The notes under the pieces are model-generated. The model searched no databases. It was not told where the DNA came from and worked only from the letters and a program-made list of their open reading frames with translations. A stretch of 64,000 nucleotides of DNA from Candidatus Binatia bacterium (GTDB taxonomy: Bacteria; Desulfobacterota; Binatia; HRBIN30). Both the position numbers and the translations under genes were made by a program. Location: NCBI GenBank assembly GCA_038245295.1, contig JBBRSP010000004.1:160001-224000 (forward strand). The letters run 5' to 3'. The stretch's first letter is position 1. Each line of letters begins with the position of its first letter. This document shows, one piece after another, positions 48,266-56,801 of the stretch.

Positions 48266-51200
48266 GTGCCCAATGAAGACCAGGACGGTCTACGACAAAT
48301 CGTTCGCGCGCCAGCTACGCGACGGTGGCCATCTGCCGTGGGCCGATTAGACCTCGTTTACGTCACGGCGCTGGCCTGCCTGATCGCCGTGCCCGCCTCG
48401 GCTTCGTGGCTGCCAGTTCAAATCGACTCGAGTCGCCCACGCATCCTACTGCGCGCCGATGCCGTGCCGGCGATCCAGGAGCGCTTGCGGCGGCAGCCAT
48501 ACCAGACGGTGTTCGCCGACCTGGCGGGGCGTATTACCCAGGCGACCGACATTCGACTCGACGATCACAGCATCGAGAACGAACGTTTGAAAGCTCGCGC
48601 CGCCAAAGGTCTGGCCTTCGAGTACACCGTCGATCGCACGCAACGCGACGGCACCATTGGAGAGTTCCCCACCCGGGCCGATCGTCAGGTAGCCGGCGAC
48701 CGCGTACGCGACATGTTGCTACACATGTTTACGCGCAGTCGCCTGGTCGCCGAGCCGCCGCTCGGCGGTTGGGATCGCGACATCAACACCTCCGAAGAGT
48801 TGCTGCAGTGGGCAACCGCCTACGACACGTTGAAGGGGGCGGGCTACGATTTCGGAGCTGCCGAAGCGCCGATCATCGAGAACCTCGTTGCTCTCGCCTC
48901 CGAGCTCTACGACAACTACGTCCATCCCGAGACCGCCTCGACCTTTCCGGTCTTGCACCAGAACAATCATCGTTCAAAAAGTGGCGCCGCCCTGGTGGCC
49001 GCGGCGATTGCCCTGGCGGAGTATGAAGCGCCCACCGGCACCGACCCGGACGCCCTGCGCAGTCCTGCCCTGTGGGCGCAGTATGGGTTCGAGCAGATCG
49101 AATTCGTCGACCGCTACGTGCTGATGGCGGGCGACGGAGCGTATGCGGAAGGCCCTTTCTACTGGCGCTACACGGCACAAAACATCCTACCGGTCCTGAG
49201 AGCCTGGGATGCTCTCGTCGGCCAGACCGCCGGTGCCGTCATCTATGCGAACCGTTGGCGCGATCCGCGCTTGGCGCGGACGCTGCGCTGGGAGCTCGAC
49301 ATGACGCTACCGGACGGCTCACTGGCACCCCTCGATGACGGCAACCCAGGTCGCTCTTATTATTTTGGAATCTTCCCCGGTGGCCTCGAGTTCGCTCCAG
49401 CCCTCGCGTGGCGTTGGGCCAACGCACCGACACCCTACGAAACGGAAGGCAGCGTCGACCTCGCTGCCGATGCGCTCGTTGCCTTCGACGACACGTTGGC
49501 CCCAGCGCCGCCCCTCGACGCTACCGCGTTCTACATAGAGGGCGGCAACGCCATCTTGCGCCGTGATTGGTCGCCCGACGCGGTCGTTGCCGTGGTGCAA
49601 GCCGAGCACGACACAGCATCGGAGTTCGGGCGCGACAAGCAAGGACGTGGCGTCGGGCCGCAGTCACACGAGCACGCCGAACCCGGCGCATTTCTACTCC
49701 ACGCGTTCGGCGAGCGACTCGCGATGGACCCCGGTTATCTCGATTTCGGCAACCGCACACAGGTCAATCGTCCCGAGCACCACAACCTCGTGTTGGTCGA
49801 TGGCCGCGGCCCGATCGACTACTTGAACGCCACCGGCCCGTGGCGTGGTCGCACCGGCCGACCGCCGATCGACGGCAACGCGATGCTGGCCGACACACTC
49901 GATAGTGGGTTCCTCGACGCCGCTACCGTGGTGTCGCGTTACGGGCGCTATCCGAACGCTAGTCCAATGATGCGGCGGCGTTTTCTGCTTTCCGATGATC
50001 GCTATCTGGCGGTCTACGACGAGGCGGTCAGCGCCGGCGGAACGACACCGACATTTACCTGGCTGTTGCATGGCAACGGTGGTGCCGACTCTGGCGGAAC
50101 GTTCTCGCGGTTGGCCGATGGTGGCGTATGGGAACGCGCCCGGGCGCGCCTTTCCTGGGTTGCCACAACCGATCGCGGCGCCCTCGCATTCGACGAACAG
50201 ACGGCGGTTCATGAGGACATCGGCAAGGCACAACGATCACACACGGTGCTGCGTGGAAGTCTGCAGGCCCCACGCGTCGATGCCCTTCACCTTGCTTACC
50301 CGACTCGCAGCGCGGTCGCCGCGCCGATGGCCGAGGCCGTGCACACGCCGACGTTCTCGGGTGTGCACGTGAACGACACAGCCGAGTTACGTGACGTATG
50401 GTTCGTGCACTTTGCAGGCGCAGCACCGCACTCGCTGGCACCGCACGGGGTGCTGACGGACGGCGATCTGCTGCTGTCCGATGTGGTGGGCGACGCGCCG
50501 ACGCAGCGCCTGGCCTGGGTCGAACACGCGACCCACCTGAGCCTGGCTGGCGTCGAGGTTGCGGCGTCCGGCGCCCCAGGACACATCGGCATGCGCCTCA
50601 CAGGCGACCGTGTTGACGTCGTCGCCGAAAACGCCGCAGCGACGGTCGAAGTGCGTTCTCTGCCATTCCCGGTCATGGGTGTCGACGGGGTTTGCAGTAC
50701 GGCCACGGTTGGCAATCTGATGCACGTCACCTTGGGTCGCGATCGTCGCTTCACTCTGCGCGCAACCACCGGCAATGCGCGGCCTGCCGCCGACCCCGGC
50801 GCCACACGGCAGGCTGGCGTCGGGACGGTAATCGATCTCGACGGCAGCGCCAGTTGTGATGCCGACGAAGACGCCCTCGAAGCCCACTGGGAACTCGTTT
50901 CCGCACCGGCGGCGAGCGCCTGGCAGCTGGAGGCCCCCGGAACGTTACGGCCTCGGTTGACCGTCGACGCCGCGGGCCCATTCCGCGTCCGCTTACGCGT
51001 CACCGACAGCAAGGGCGCCCAGAGCATGCCGATGGATTTACTGATCATCGGCGGCAACCTCTGTAGCGATGGACTCGACAACGACACGGATGGCCTGTTT
51101 GACAGTGACGATCCGGATTGCGACGCGGGTCTTTCATGTGCTGCCGATTGCTCGGAGGAAGGCGAGGTCACCATCGACGAGCTGGTGCGCGCCGTCGCCA

Positions 51201-51319
51201 TCGCTCTCGACGATCAGCCGCTCGGTGATTGTCCGACCGCCGACGCCGATCACGACGGAGCGGTGACGGTCGATGAGCTGATCCGCGGCGTCATGGCGGC
51301 GCTCGATGGGTGCCGCTGA
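48266..51319 (+). CDS. Secreted heparinase II/III-like protein with PKD-like and dockerin/EF-hand-like C-terminal domains
   Basis: Signal ..PASA, RPRILL, QNNH, DGAYAEGPFY, HEH, DPGY, HHNLVLVDG; PAADPG..LDGSAS.D.D; duplicated VTxDEL repeat. Start uncertain. Confidence 0.75.
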   Translation: MPNEDQDGLRQIVRAPATRRWPSAVGRLDLVYVTALACLIAVPASASWLPVQIDSSRPRILLRADAVPAIQERLRRQPYQTVFADLAGRITQATDIRLDDHSIENERLKARAAKGLAFEYTVDRTQRDGTIGEFPTRADRQVAGDRVRDMLLHMFTRSRLVAEPPLGGWDRDINTSEELLQWATAYDTLKGAGYDFGAAEAPIIENLVALASELYDNYVHPETASTFPVLHQNNHRSKSGAALVAAAIALAEYEAPTGTDPDALRSPALWAQYGFEQIEFVDRYVLMAGDGAYAEGPFYWRYTAQNILPVLRAWDALVGQTAGAVIYANRWRDPRLARTLRWELDMTLPDGSLAPLDDGNPGRSYYFGIFPGGLEFAPALAWRWANAPTPYETEGSVDLAADALVAFDDTLAPAPPLDATAFYIEGGNAILRRDWSPDAVVAVVQAEHDTASEFGRDKQGRGVGPQSHEHAEPGAFLLHAFGERLAMDPGYLDFGNRTQVNRPEHHNLVLVDGRGPIDYLNATGPWRGRTGRPPIDGNAMLADTLDSGFLDAATVVSRYGRYPNASPMMRRRFLLSDDRYLAVYDEAVSAGGTTPTFTWLLHGNGGADSGGTFSRLADGGVWERARARLSWVATTDRGALAFDEQTAVHEDIGKAQRSHTVLRGSLQAPRVDALHLAYPTRSAVAAPMAEAVHTPTFSGVHVNDTAELRDVWFVHFAGAAPHSLAPHGVLTDGDLLLSDVVGDAPTQRLAWVEHATHLSLAGVEVAASGAPGHIGMRLTGDRVDVVAENAAATVEVRSLPFPVMGVDGVCSTATVGNLMHVTLGRDRRFTLRATTGNARPAADPGATRQAGVGTVIDLDGSASCDADEDALEAHWELVSAPAASAWQLEAPGTLRPRLTVDAAGPFRVRLRVTDSKGAQSMPMDLLIIGGNLCSDGLDNDTDGLFDSDDPDCDAGLSCAADCSEEGEVTIDELVRAVAIALDDQPLGDCPTADADHDGAVTVDELIRGVMAALDGCR

Positions 51320-51322
51320 GGC

Positions 51323-52846
51323 CTATCCGCGATCGAGGAAAAGGCGATACGCCGGGTTGTGGCTTTCGTCGTGATACGGGTAGCCGAGGCGCTTCAGGAA
51401 GGTATTGAACTTCCGTTTGTCGCCTCCCGGCACCTGCATGCCGACAAGCACCCGACCATAATCGGCGCCGTGATTGCGATAGTGGAACAGGCTGATGTTC
51501 CAGCCATGGTCCATGGCATCGAGGAACTTCATCAGGGCACCGGGGCGCTCCGGAAACTCGAAGCGATAAAGAATTTCGTCCGCCAAGGCCCCCGGGGGAT
51601 GGCCGCCGACCAGATGGCGAACGTGCAGCTTGGCGAGCTCATTGTCGGTGAAGTCGAGTGTCGCCAAGCCATGGCGACGCAGGGAGCGGACAAGCTCGGC
51701 GGTTTCGCCGCGGTTGTGGACCTGCGCGCCGACGAACACCTGGGCCGCTTGCGGACCGGAATAGCGATAATTGAACTCGGTAATGTTGCGAGCGCCGACC
51801 AGCGAGCAGAAAGCTTTGAAGCTGCCGGGGCGTTCGGGGATCGTGACAGCGAGGATGGCTTCGCGGGCCTCACCGAGCTCGGCCTCTTCGGAGACGAAGC
51901 GCAGGCGATCGAAGTTCATATTGGCGCCGCAGGCGACGGCCACGAGTGTCTTGCCGCTGACCTTGCCGCGCTCGACGTAGGCCTTGGCGCCGGCGATCGC
52001 CAGTGCGCCGGCCGGCTCCAAGATGGCGCGGGTATCTTCGAAAACGTCCTTGATCGCGGCGCACATCGCGTCGGTATCGACCAGGATCACCTCGTCGACC
52101 AGCTCGCGACAGAGCCGAAAGGTTTCGGCGCCGACGTATTTCACGGCGACACCGTCGGCGAACAAGCCCACTTGCTTCAGCTTGATGCGCCGACCTGCGG
52201 CAAGCGAGCGATGCATGGCATCCGAATCGACGGGCTGGACACCGATGATACGAACCTCCGGGCGCAAGCGTTTCACGTACGAGGCAATTCCCGAGATCAG
52301 GCCGCCGCCGCCGATGGCGACGAAGATGGCATCGATGGGTTCCGGGTGTTGGCGCAGGATCTCCATACCGATGGTACCCTGGCCGGCAATCACGTCGGGG
52401 TCGTCGTATGGATGGACGAACGTGAGCTGGCGGCGGCGTTCGATGCGGCGCGCTTCGGCGTAGGCTTCGTCATACGAGTCGCCGTGCAGGATGACCTTGG
52501 CTCCACGCCGCCGCACCGCATCCACCTTGATCAGCGGCGCGGTCACCGGCATGACAATTGTCGCCGAACAGCCCAGTTTCTCCGCTGCCAACGCCACACC
52601 TTGGGCGTGATTGCCGGCCGAGGCGGCGATCACTCCGCGTCGCAGCGTCTCTTTGGAAAGCTGCGCCATCTTGTTGTAGGCGCCGCGTAGCTTGAAGGAG
52701 AACACCGGCTGCATGTCCTCGCGCTTCAGAAGTAGATGATTGCGTAGTCGGCGGCTGAGATTCGGTGCCGGCTCGAGCGGCGACTCGATCGCGACGTCGT
52801 ACACCCGCGCTTTCAGGATGCGTTCGAGATAGTCGAGCTTCTTCAT
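51323..52846 (-). CDS. ilvA: Threonine ammonia-lyase, biosynthetic
   Basis: KREDMQPVFSFKLRGA, SAGNHAQG, two ACT-like domains (PERPG), HYRNHGADYG. Confidence 0.96.
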   Translation of the reverse strand: MKKLDYLERILKARVYDVAIESPLEPAPNLSRRLRNHLLLKREDMQPVFSFKLRGAYNKMAQLSKETLRRGVIAASAGNHAQGVALAAEKLGCSATIVMPVTAPLIKVDAVRRRGAKVILHGDSYDEAYAEARRIERRRQLTFVHPYDDPDVIAGQGTIGMEILRQHPEPIDAIFVAIGGGGLISGIASYVKRLRPEVRIIGVQPVDSDAMHRSLAAGRRIKLKQVGLFADGVAVKYVGAETFRLCRELVDEVILVDTDAMCAAIKDVFEDTRAILEPAGALAIAGAKAYVERGKVSGKTLVAVACGANMNFDRLRFVSEEAELGEAREAILAVTIPERPGSFKAFCSLVGARNITEFNYRYSGPQAAQVFVGAQVHNRGETAELVRSLRRHGLATLDFTDNELAKLHVRHLVGGHPPGALADEILYRFEFPERPGALMKFLDAMDHGWNISLFHYRNHGADYGRVLVGMQVPGGDKRKFNTFLKRLGYPYHDESHNPAYRLFLDRG

Positions 52847-53364
52847 GCGCCGCTCGGGCGTCGCCACAGGGCGCCAAGATTACTTCCTCCGCTCAATGGC
52901 GGACGATCCGCCACCTTGGCGTAATCCCGTTCGGCGTCGGCCGGCAGCGTGCCGAAGACGCGATCCCAGAAACGTGTCGTGACGCCTTGGTACATCTTGG
53001 GATTACAGAAGTGATGTGCCAGATGATGCGCCCGGCGTTGGCGTTCACGGCGGTTGCGCGGGGCGCGGAAATGGATGCGCCAGTGCAGGTACTCGTAACG
53101 TAGGAACCCCAGCAGAAGTCCGGCGGTGAAGGCGCCGCTCGCCGCCATGCCGACCAGCAGACTCCCGGCAGCCCAGAACAACATCAAGATCGGCACCCAG
53201 GCGAGGGGCGACGTGAACACGTTGTGGGCATTCTTGTGATGGCCCCAGTGCAACGGCGAGACGAAGGTCTTGAACCGGTGCGACAAGATCCCGTGCACCA
53301 GATACTCGACGAAGCTCCAAGATAGTAGGCCAACCGCGAAGGGCAGAGTCCAAGCAACACTCAT
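52843..53364 (-). CDS. Fatty acid hydroxylase/sterol desaturase family protein
   Basis: His boxes EYLVH...H, HWGHH, EYLHW.IH, HHLAHH, and WDRVFGT. Confidence 0.85.
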   Translation of the reverse strand: MSVAWTLPFAVGLLSWSFVEYLVHGILSHRFKTFVSPLHWGHHKNAHNVFTSPLAWVPILMLFWAAGSLLVGMAASGAFTAGLLLGFLRYEYLHWRIHFRAPRNRRERQRRAHHLAHHFCNPKMYQGVTTRFWDRVFGTLPADAERDYAKVADRPPLSGGSNLGALWRRPSGA

Positions 53365-53432
53365 CGCCGCAGGTAATGACCGCAACCACTGCGCCAGGCA
53401 ACCCCGGGGCGGTGCTCGCCGTCCCAACGCTC

Positions 53433-53663
53433 TCAGCGAAAGATGACGCCGAGCAGCAGAAGGATCAGCACGCCGGCCGCCAGCAGAGCACTGTCATCGC
53501 GAACTGGTGGATGATCGGCACTCCGCTTGGAAACGACTCTTCCGGCGATCGGCCGTTGCGCCGTCTTCGTTCCACTGTTTTGGCGAGCTGACGGCTCTGC
53601 CGCTCTCGAACTCGACTCTCGTGTAGGTCCACGACCTACGCCCCCTATTTGACTCGTCGACAT
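53433..53663 (-). CDS. Small hypothetical protein with C-terminal TM anchor
   Basis: Ends in ALLAAGVLILLLLGVIFR; start uncertain. Confidence 0.4.
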   Translation of the reverse strand: MSTSQIGGVGRGPTRESSSRAAEPSARQNSGTKTAQRPIAGRVVSKRSADHPPVRDDSALLAAGVLILLLLGVIFR

Positions 53664-53759
53664 ATGCACCCCCAACGCTCATATGCCACGAAGTGCGCGT
53701 TGACGCCACGGATGGAAAACCCGTAGTCGGAGCTGGAGACGTAACCGTAGAAGGAAACC

Positions 53760-54536
53760 TCACGTGTCGTCGCGCGGGCAACGTGAATGGGCGAAGGCCG
53801 GAGTGCTCTCCTCGGGTTGCGCCGCGAGGCCGCGCTGAAGACAGCCAAGCGCTGTCATCGGGTCATCAACGTACTCGAACAGGCTGAGGTCTTCCGGACT
53901 GATCATGCCGTGACGCACGAGAGCATCGAAATTGACCACTTCCTTCCAATACGCTGAACCATAAAGGAGGATCGGGATTCGCCCCTCGAGTTTACCCGTC
54001 TGCTGCAACGTCAGCAGCTCGGCCAGCTCGTCCAGCGTGCCGAAGCCGCCAGGGAAAACGATCAGCGCACGCGCCAGGTGCGCGAACCACAGTTTGCGCA
54101 TGAAGAAGTAGTGGAACTCGAAGCCGAGTTCGCGCGTGATGTACGGATTCGGGCGCTGCTCGTGCGGCAAGCCGATGTTGAGGCCGATCGTTCTCCCACC
54201 GGCCTCCGAAGCGCCGCGATTGGCCGCTTCCATGATGCCGCCCCCGCCACCGGTGCAGATAATGTAACGATGCGAGTGCGACGGCAGGCTCTTCGACCAC
54301 GCCGTCAGCAAGCGCGCCAACTCGCGCGCCTCCTGGTAGTAACGACCGAGCGGGCCGTCGGGCGTCAGGCGGGCCGAGCCGAAGAAAACAATGGTGTCGT
54401 GCACACCTTCACGGCGGAATGCCTGCAGTGGTTCCATATACTCTGCGAGAATCCGCAATGGTCGCGCGTCGTCGCTGTCGAGGAATCGTTCATTCTTGTA
54501 GGCCAGCGGACGGCTGGTTTTCACGGGTAACGTCAT
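53760..54536 (-). CDS. LOG family (TIGR00730) nucleotide phosphoribohydrolase-like protein
   Basis: FGSAR, TGGGGGIMEAANRGA, FPGGFGTLDE. Confidence 0.9.
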   Translation of the reverse strand: MTLPVKTSRPLAYKNERFLDSDDARPLRILAEYMEPLQAFRREGVHDTIVFFGSARLTPDGPLGRYYQEARELARLLTAWSKSLPSHSHRYIICTGGGGGIMEAANRGASEAGGRTIGLNIGLPHEQRPNPYITRELGFEFHYFFMRKLWFAHLARALIVFPGGFGTLDELAELLTLQQTGKLEGRIPILLYGSAYWKEVVNFDALVRHGMISPEDLSLFEYVDDPMTALGCLQRGLAAQPEESTPAFAHSRCPRDDT

Positions 54537-56014
54537 CCTACCCTCACGTGTGCAAAGTCGATGAAGCCGCGCTCAACATCGGTGTGAATGAGCTCTACGC
54601 GTGTCTGGTCACCGACGTCGAGACCGGCCTGTCCGTGCACAACTCGCCCCTCGGCCGCCGGGTGGGTAATTCGCACCCACGTTCCCTTCGGCGAAGCGCC
54701 GGTGACGATCGCATTGAAGCGTTCACCGATCCGCCCCTCCAGCAACAAGGCGGCTGCCGATTTGCGTACCTGTCGCTCGACTTTGGCGGCCGCGTCTTCC
54801 TGGGTCGTGCAGTGAAGCGCCAGCTCGGCGAGTTGCTCGTCGAGATAGGGCACCCGCTGTCCTTGCAGCGCCGCCTTCAGCAAGCGCTGGGTGATCAGAT
54901 CGGGAAAGCGACGATTCGGCGCCGTCGAGTGGCTGTAGTCGCGGACCGCGAGGCCGAAGTGCCCGGTAGCTTCTTGTCCGGGAAGATCGAGCATGTACTC
55001 GCCACGGCCCAGCAGTTTCACCACGGATAGCGACAGATCGGCGAAACGCTCCGGATCGGCGGCACGGCGCCTCTGCAGAAAGGCTTCGAGGGCCAACGCA
55101 TCCGGCTTGAGCGGCAGCGTTTCCCCGACCTTGGTCGCCAGCTCGACGATACGATCCCAACGTTCCGGTGGGCGCAACAAGCGGCGCACCGACGGGAAGT
55201 GCTTCTGCTCGAGGAAGCGCGCGCTCACCGTGTTCGCGGCAACCATGAAGTCTTCGATCAGCTCCTTGGCACGGTTCTTCTCGTCGGCCCGCAGATCGCT
55301 GATCACATCTCCGTCGAACACAGCGCGCGCTTCAATGGTCTCCAGACTCAACGAGCCGCACTGATGTCGTCGTTGCTTCAGAGTCTGCGCCACCTGATCT
55401 TGCAAGCGCAGCTGTGCCTCGAGGCCGGCAACAGCCGATACCTTGGGCGGTGCCGGTGTGTTGCCATCGAGCCAGGCGGCAACGCTGTTGTAGGCCAGCT
55501 TGGCGTGATTCAGCACATGACCACGATACACATTCGAGTCATCGATCTCGCCGTTCGGCTTGACCGTCATCTCAATGATGATGGCTAGTCTTTCCTCGCC
55601 TTCAGACAGCGACGTCAAATCCGTCGATAGTTTCTCCGGCAACATCGGAAAGATTCCGGCCGCCGTGTACACCGATGTCGTGTTGGTGCGCGCATGATCA
55701 TCGATGGCCGAGCCGGCTTCGACCGTCGCATCGACATCGGCGACGGCGACGAGAATCTTGACGTTGCCGCCGGCCAAGGACTCGGCGACCGTCAATTGGT
55801 CGAGATCTCGCGAGTCATCATTGTCGATCGACGCCCAGAGCAATCGGCGCAAATCACGTATCGCTGGGTCGGCAGCGTCCGCGGCCCGCTCGATGCGATT
55901 GGTCTCGACAACGACGGCCGGTGAGAACTCCGGCAATAACCCGCGCTCCACCATGGCCAACCGCGCAATCGCCTTGAGTCGCTTCTTCGCCGAGGCACCG
56001 TCTTGTTGATTCAT
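54533..56014 (-). CDS. RNB-domain exoribonuclease (RNase II/R family)
   Basis: SIDNDDSRDLDQ, LIEDFMVAAN, HFGLA..YSHSTAPNRRFPDL, C-terminal S1-like domain. Confidence 0.9.
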   Translation of the reverse strand: MNQQDGASAKKRLKAIARLAMVERGLLPEFSPAVVVETNRIERAADAADPAIRDLRRLLWASIDNDDSRDLDQLTVAESLAGGNVKILVAVADVDATVEAGSAIDDHARTNTTSVYTAAGIFPMLPEKLSTDLTSLSEGEERLAIIIEMTVKPNGEIDDSNVYRGHVLNHAKLAYNSVAAWLDGNTPAPPKVSAVAGLEAQLRLQDQVAQTLKQRRHQCGSLSLETIEARAVFDGDVISDLRADEKNRAKELIEDFMVAANTVSARFLEQKHFPSVRRLLRPPERWDRIVELATKVGETLPLKPDALALEAFLQRRRAADPERFADLSLSVVKLLGRGEYMLDLPGQEATGHFGLAVRDYSHSTAPNRRFPDLITQRLLKAALQGQRVPYLDEQLAELALHCTTQEDAAAKVERQVRKSAAALLLEGRIGERFNAIVTGASPKGTWVRITHPAAEGRVVHGQAGLDVGDQTRVELIHTDVERGFIDFAHVRVG

Positions 56015-56136
56015 CGATCGGGTATACTCCGCACGCGGGCCAAGTGCATAGGCCAGAACATTCGCAGCATCGCGATACGGCCGGGGCGCAGATTCGCAGA
56101 TCTCCCCTCCTGCCAGCGGCGAAGGACGAAAACTGT

Positions 56137-56159
56137 GACGGCTGCCTGAGGCAGCCGTC
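56137..56159. other. Perfect 10-bp hairpin in a divergent intergenic region
   Basis: GACGGCTGCC-TGA-GGCAGCCGTC. Confidence 0.6.
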
Positions 56160-56232
56160 GCCGCTTGTTCGGCGCGCGCGAAGCAAGTACGACAGCCGCC
56201 GCACCTTGATCGATTTGCGGAGGACAACACTC

Positions 56233-56667
56233 ATGAGCGACCGCGTGAATCTCACCGCCCGCGCCACACAGCACTTCGACACTACGCCGGAGCGCGTCTT
56301 CGATGCCTGGCTCGATCCGGTCGTCATCCGCCAGTGGTTCGCCCCCGGGCTCGGCGAAATGATCTCGATCGACGTCGATGCGCGTGTCGGCGGATCGTTC
56401 TCCTGGGTGCAGCGGCGGGATGGCGAGGACATCGATCACATCGGCGTATATTTCGAGTTGGACCGGCCGCGCCGTCTGGCGTTCACCTGGGGCGTTGCCC
56501 CGGAGCCAACGAGCAGTCGCGTGATTATCGAGATCGTCGAAGTGGCGAACGGCTGCGAGCTGACGTTGAGCCACGAGCTACATGCCGACTGGGTCGACTA
56601 TGTCGACCGTAGCGCCGCGGCCTGGGGCAAGATGCTCGGCGAGATGGCGCAGGTGCTCGCCGCTTAG
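56233..56667 (+). CDS. SRPBCC/AHSA1 domain protein
   Basis: ERVFDAW.DP, DARVGG, RLAFTW, LTLSH; GGAGGA RBS. Confidence 0.88.
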   Translation: MSDRVNLTARATQHFDTTPERVFDAWLDPVVIRQWFAPGLGEMISIDVDARVGGSFSWVQRRDGEDIDHIGVYFELDRPRRLAFTWGVAPEPTSSRVIIEIVEVANGCELTLSHELHADWVDYVDRSAAAWGKMLGEMAQVLAA

Positions 56668-56680
56668 GGCCGGCGCCGAT

Positions 56681-56755
56681 CGCAGGCTGAAGCCTGCGCC
56701 TACCACGCTGAGTACGCACCCGAAAGCAGACCGGCAGGCCAGACTTTAGGCTGCG
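56681..56755. repeat. Inverted pair of REP-like palindromes (REPIN-like)
   Basis: CGCAGGCTGAAGCCTGCG-CCTAC at 56681-56703 and a decayed inverted copy GCAGGCCAGACTTTAGGCTGCG at 56734-56755. Confidence 0.6.
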
Positions 56756-56801
56756 GAGTTGCACGGAACCGACTTGACCTTCAAAGCCGGCAGCATCCGC
56801 C

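Noticed and set aside
51359..52690. 443-aa plus-strand ORF
   Set aside because: Antisense shadow of ilvA.
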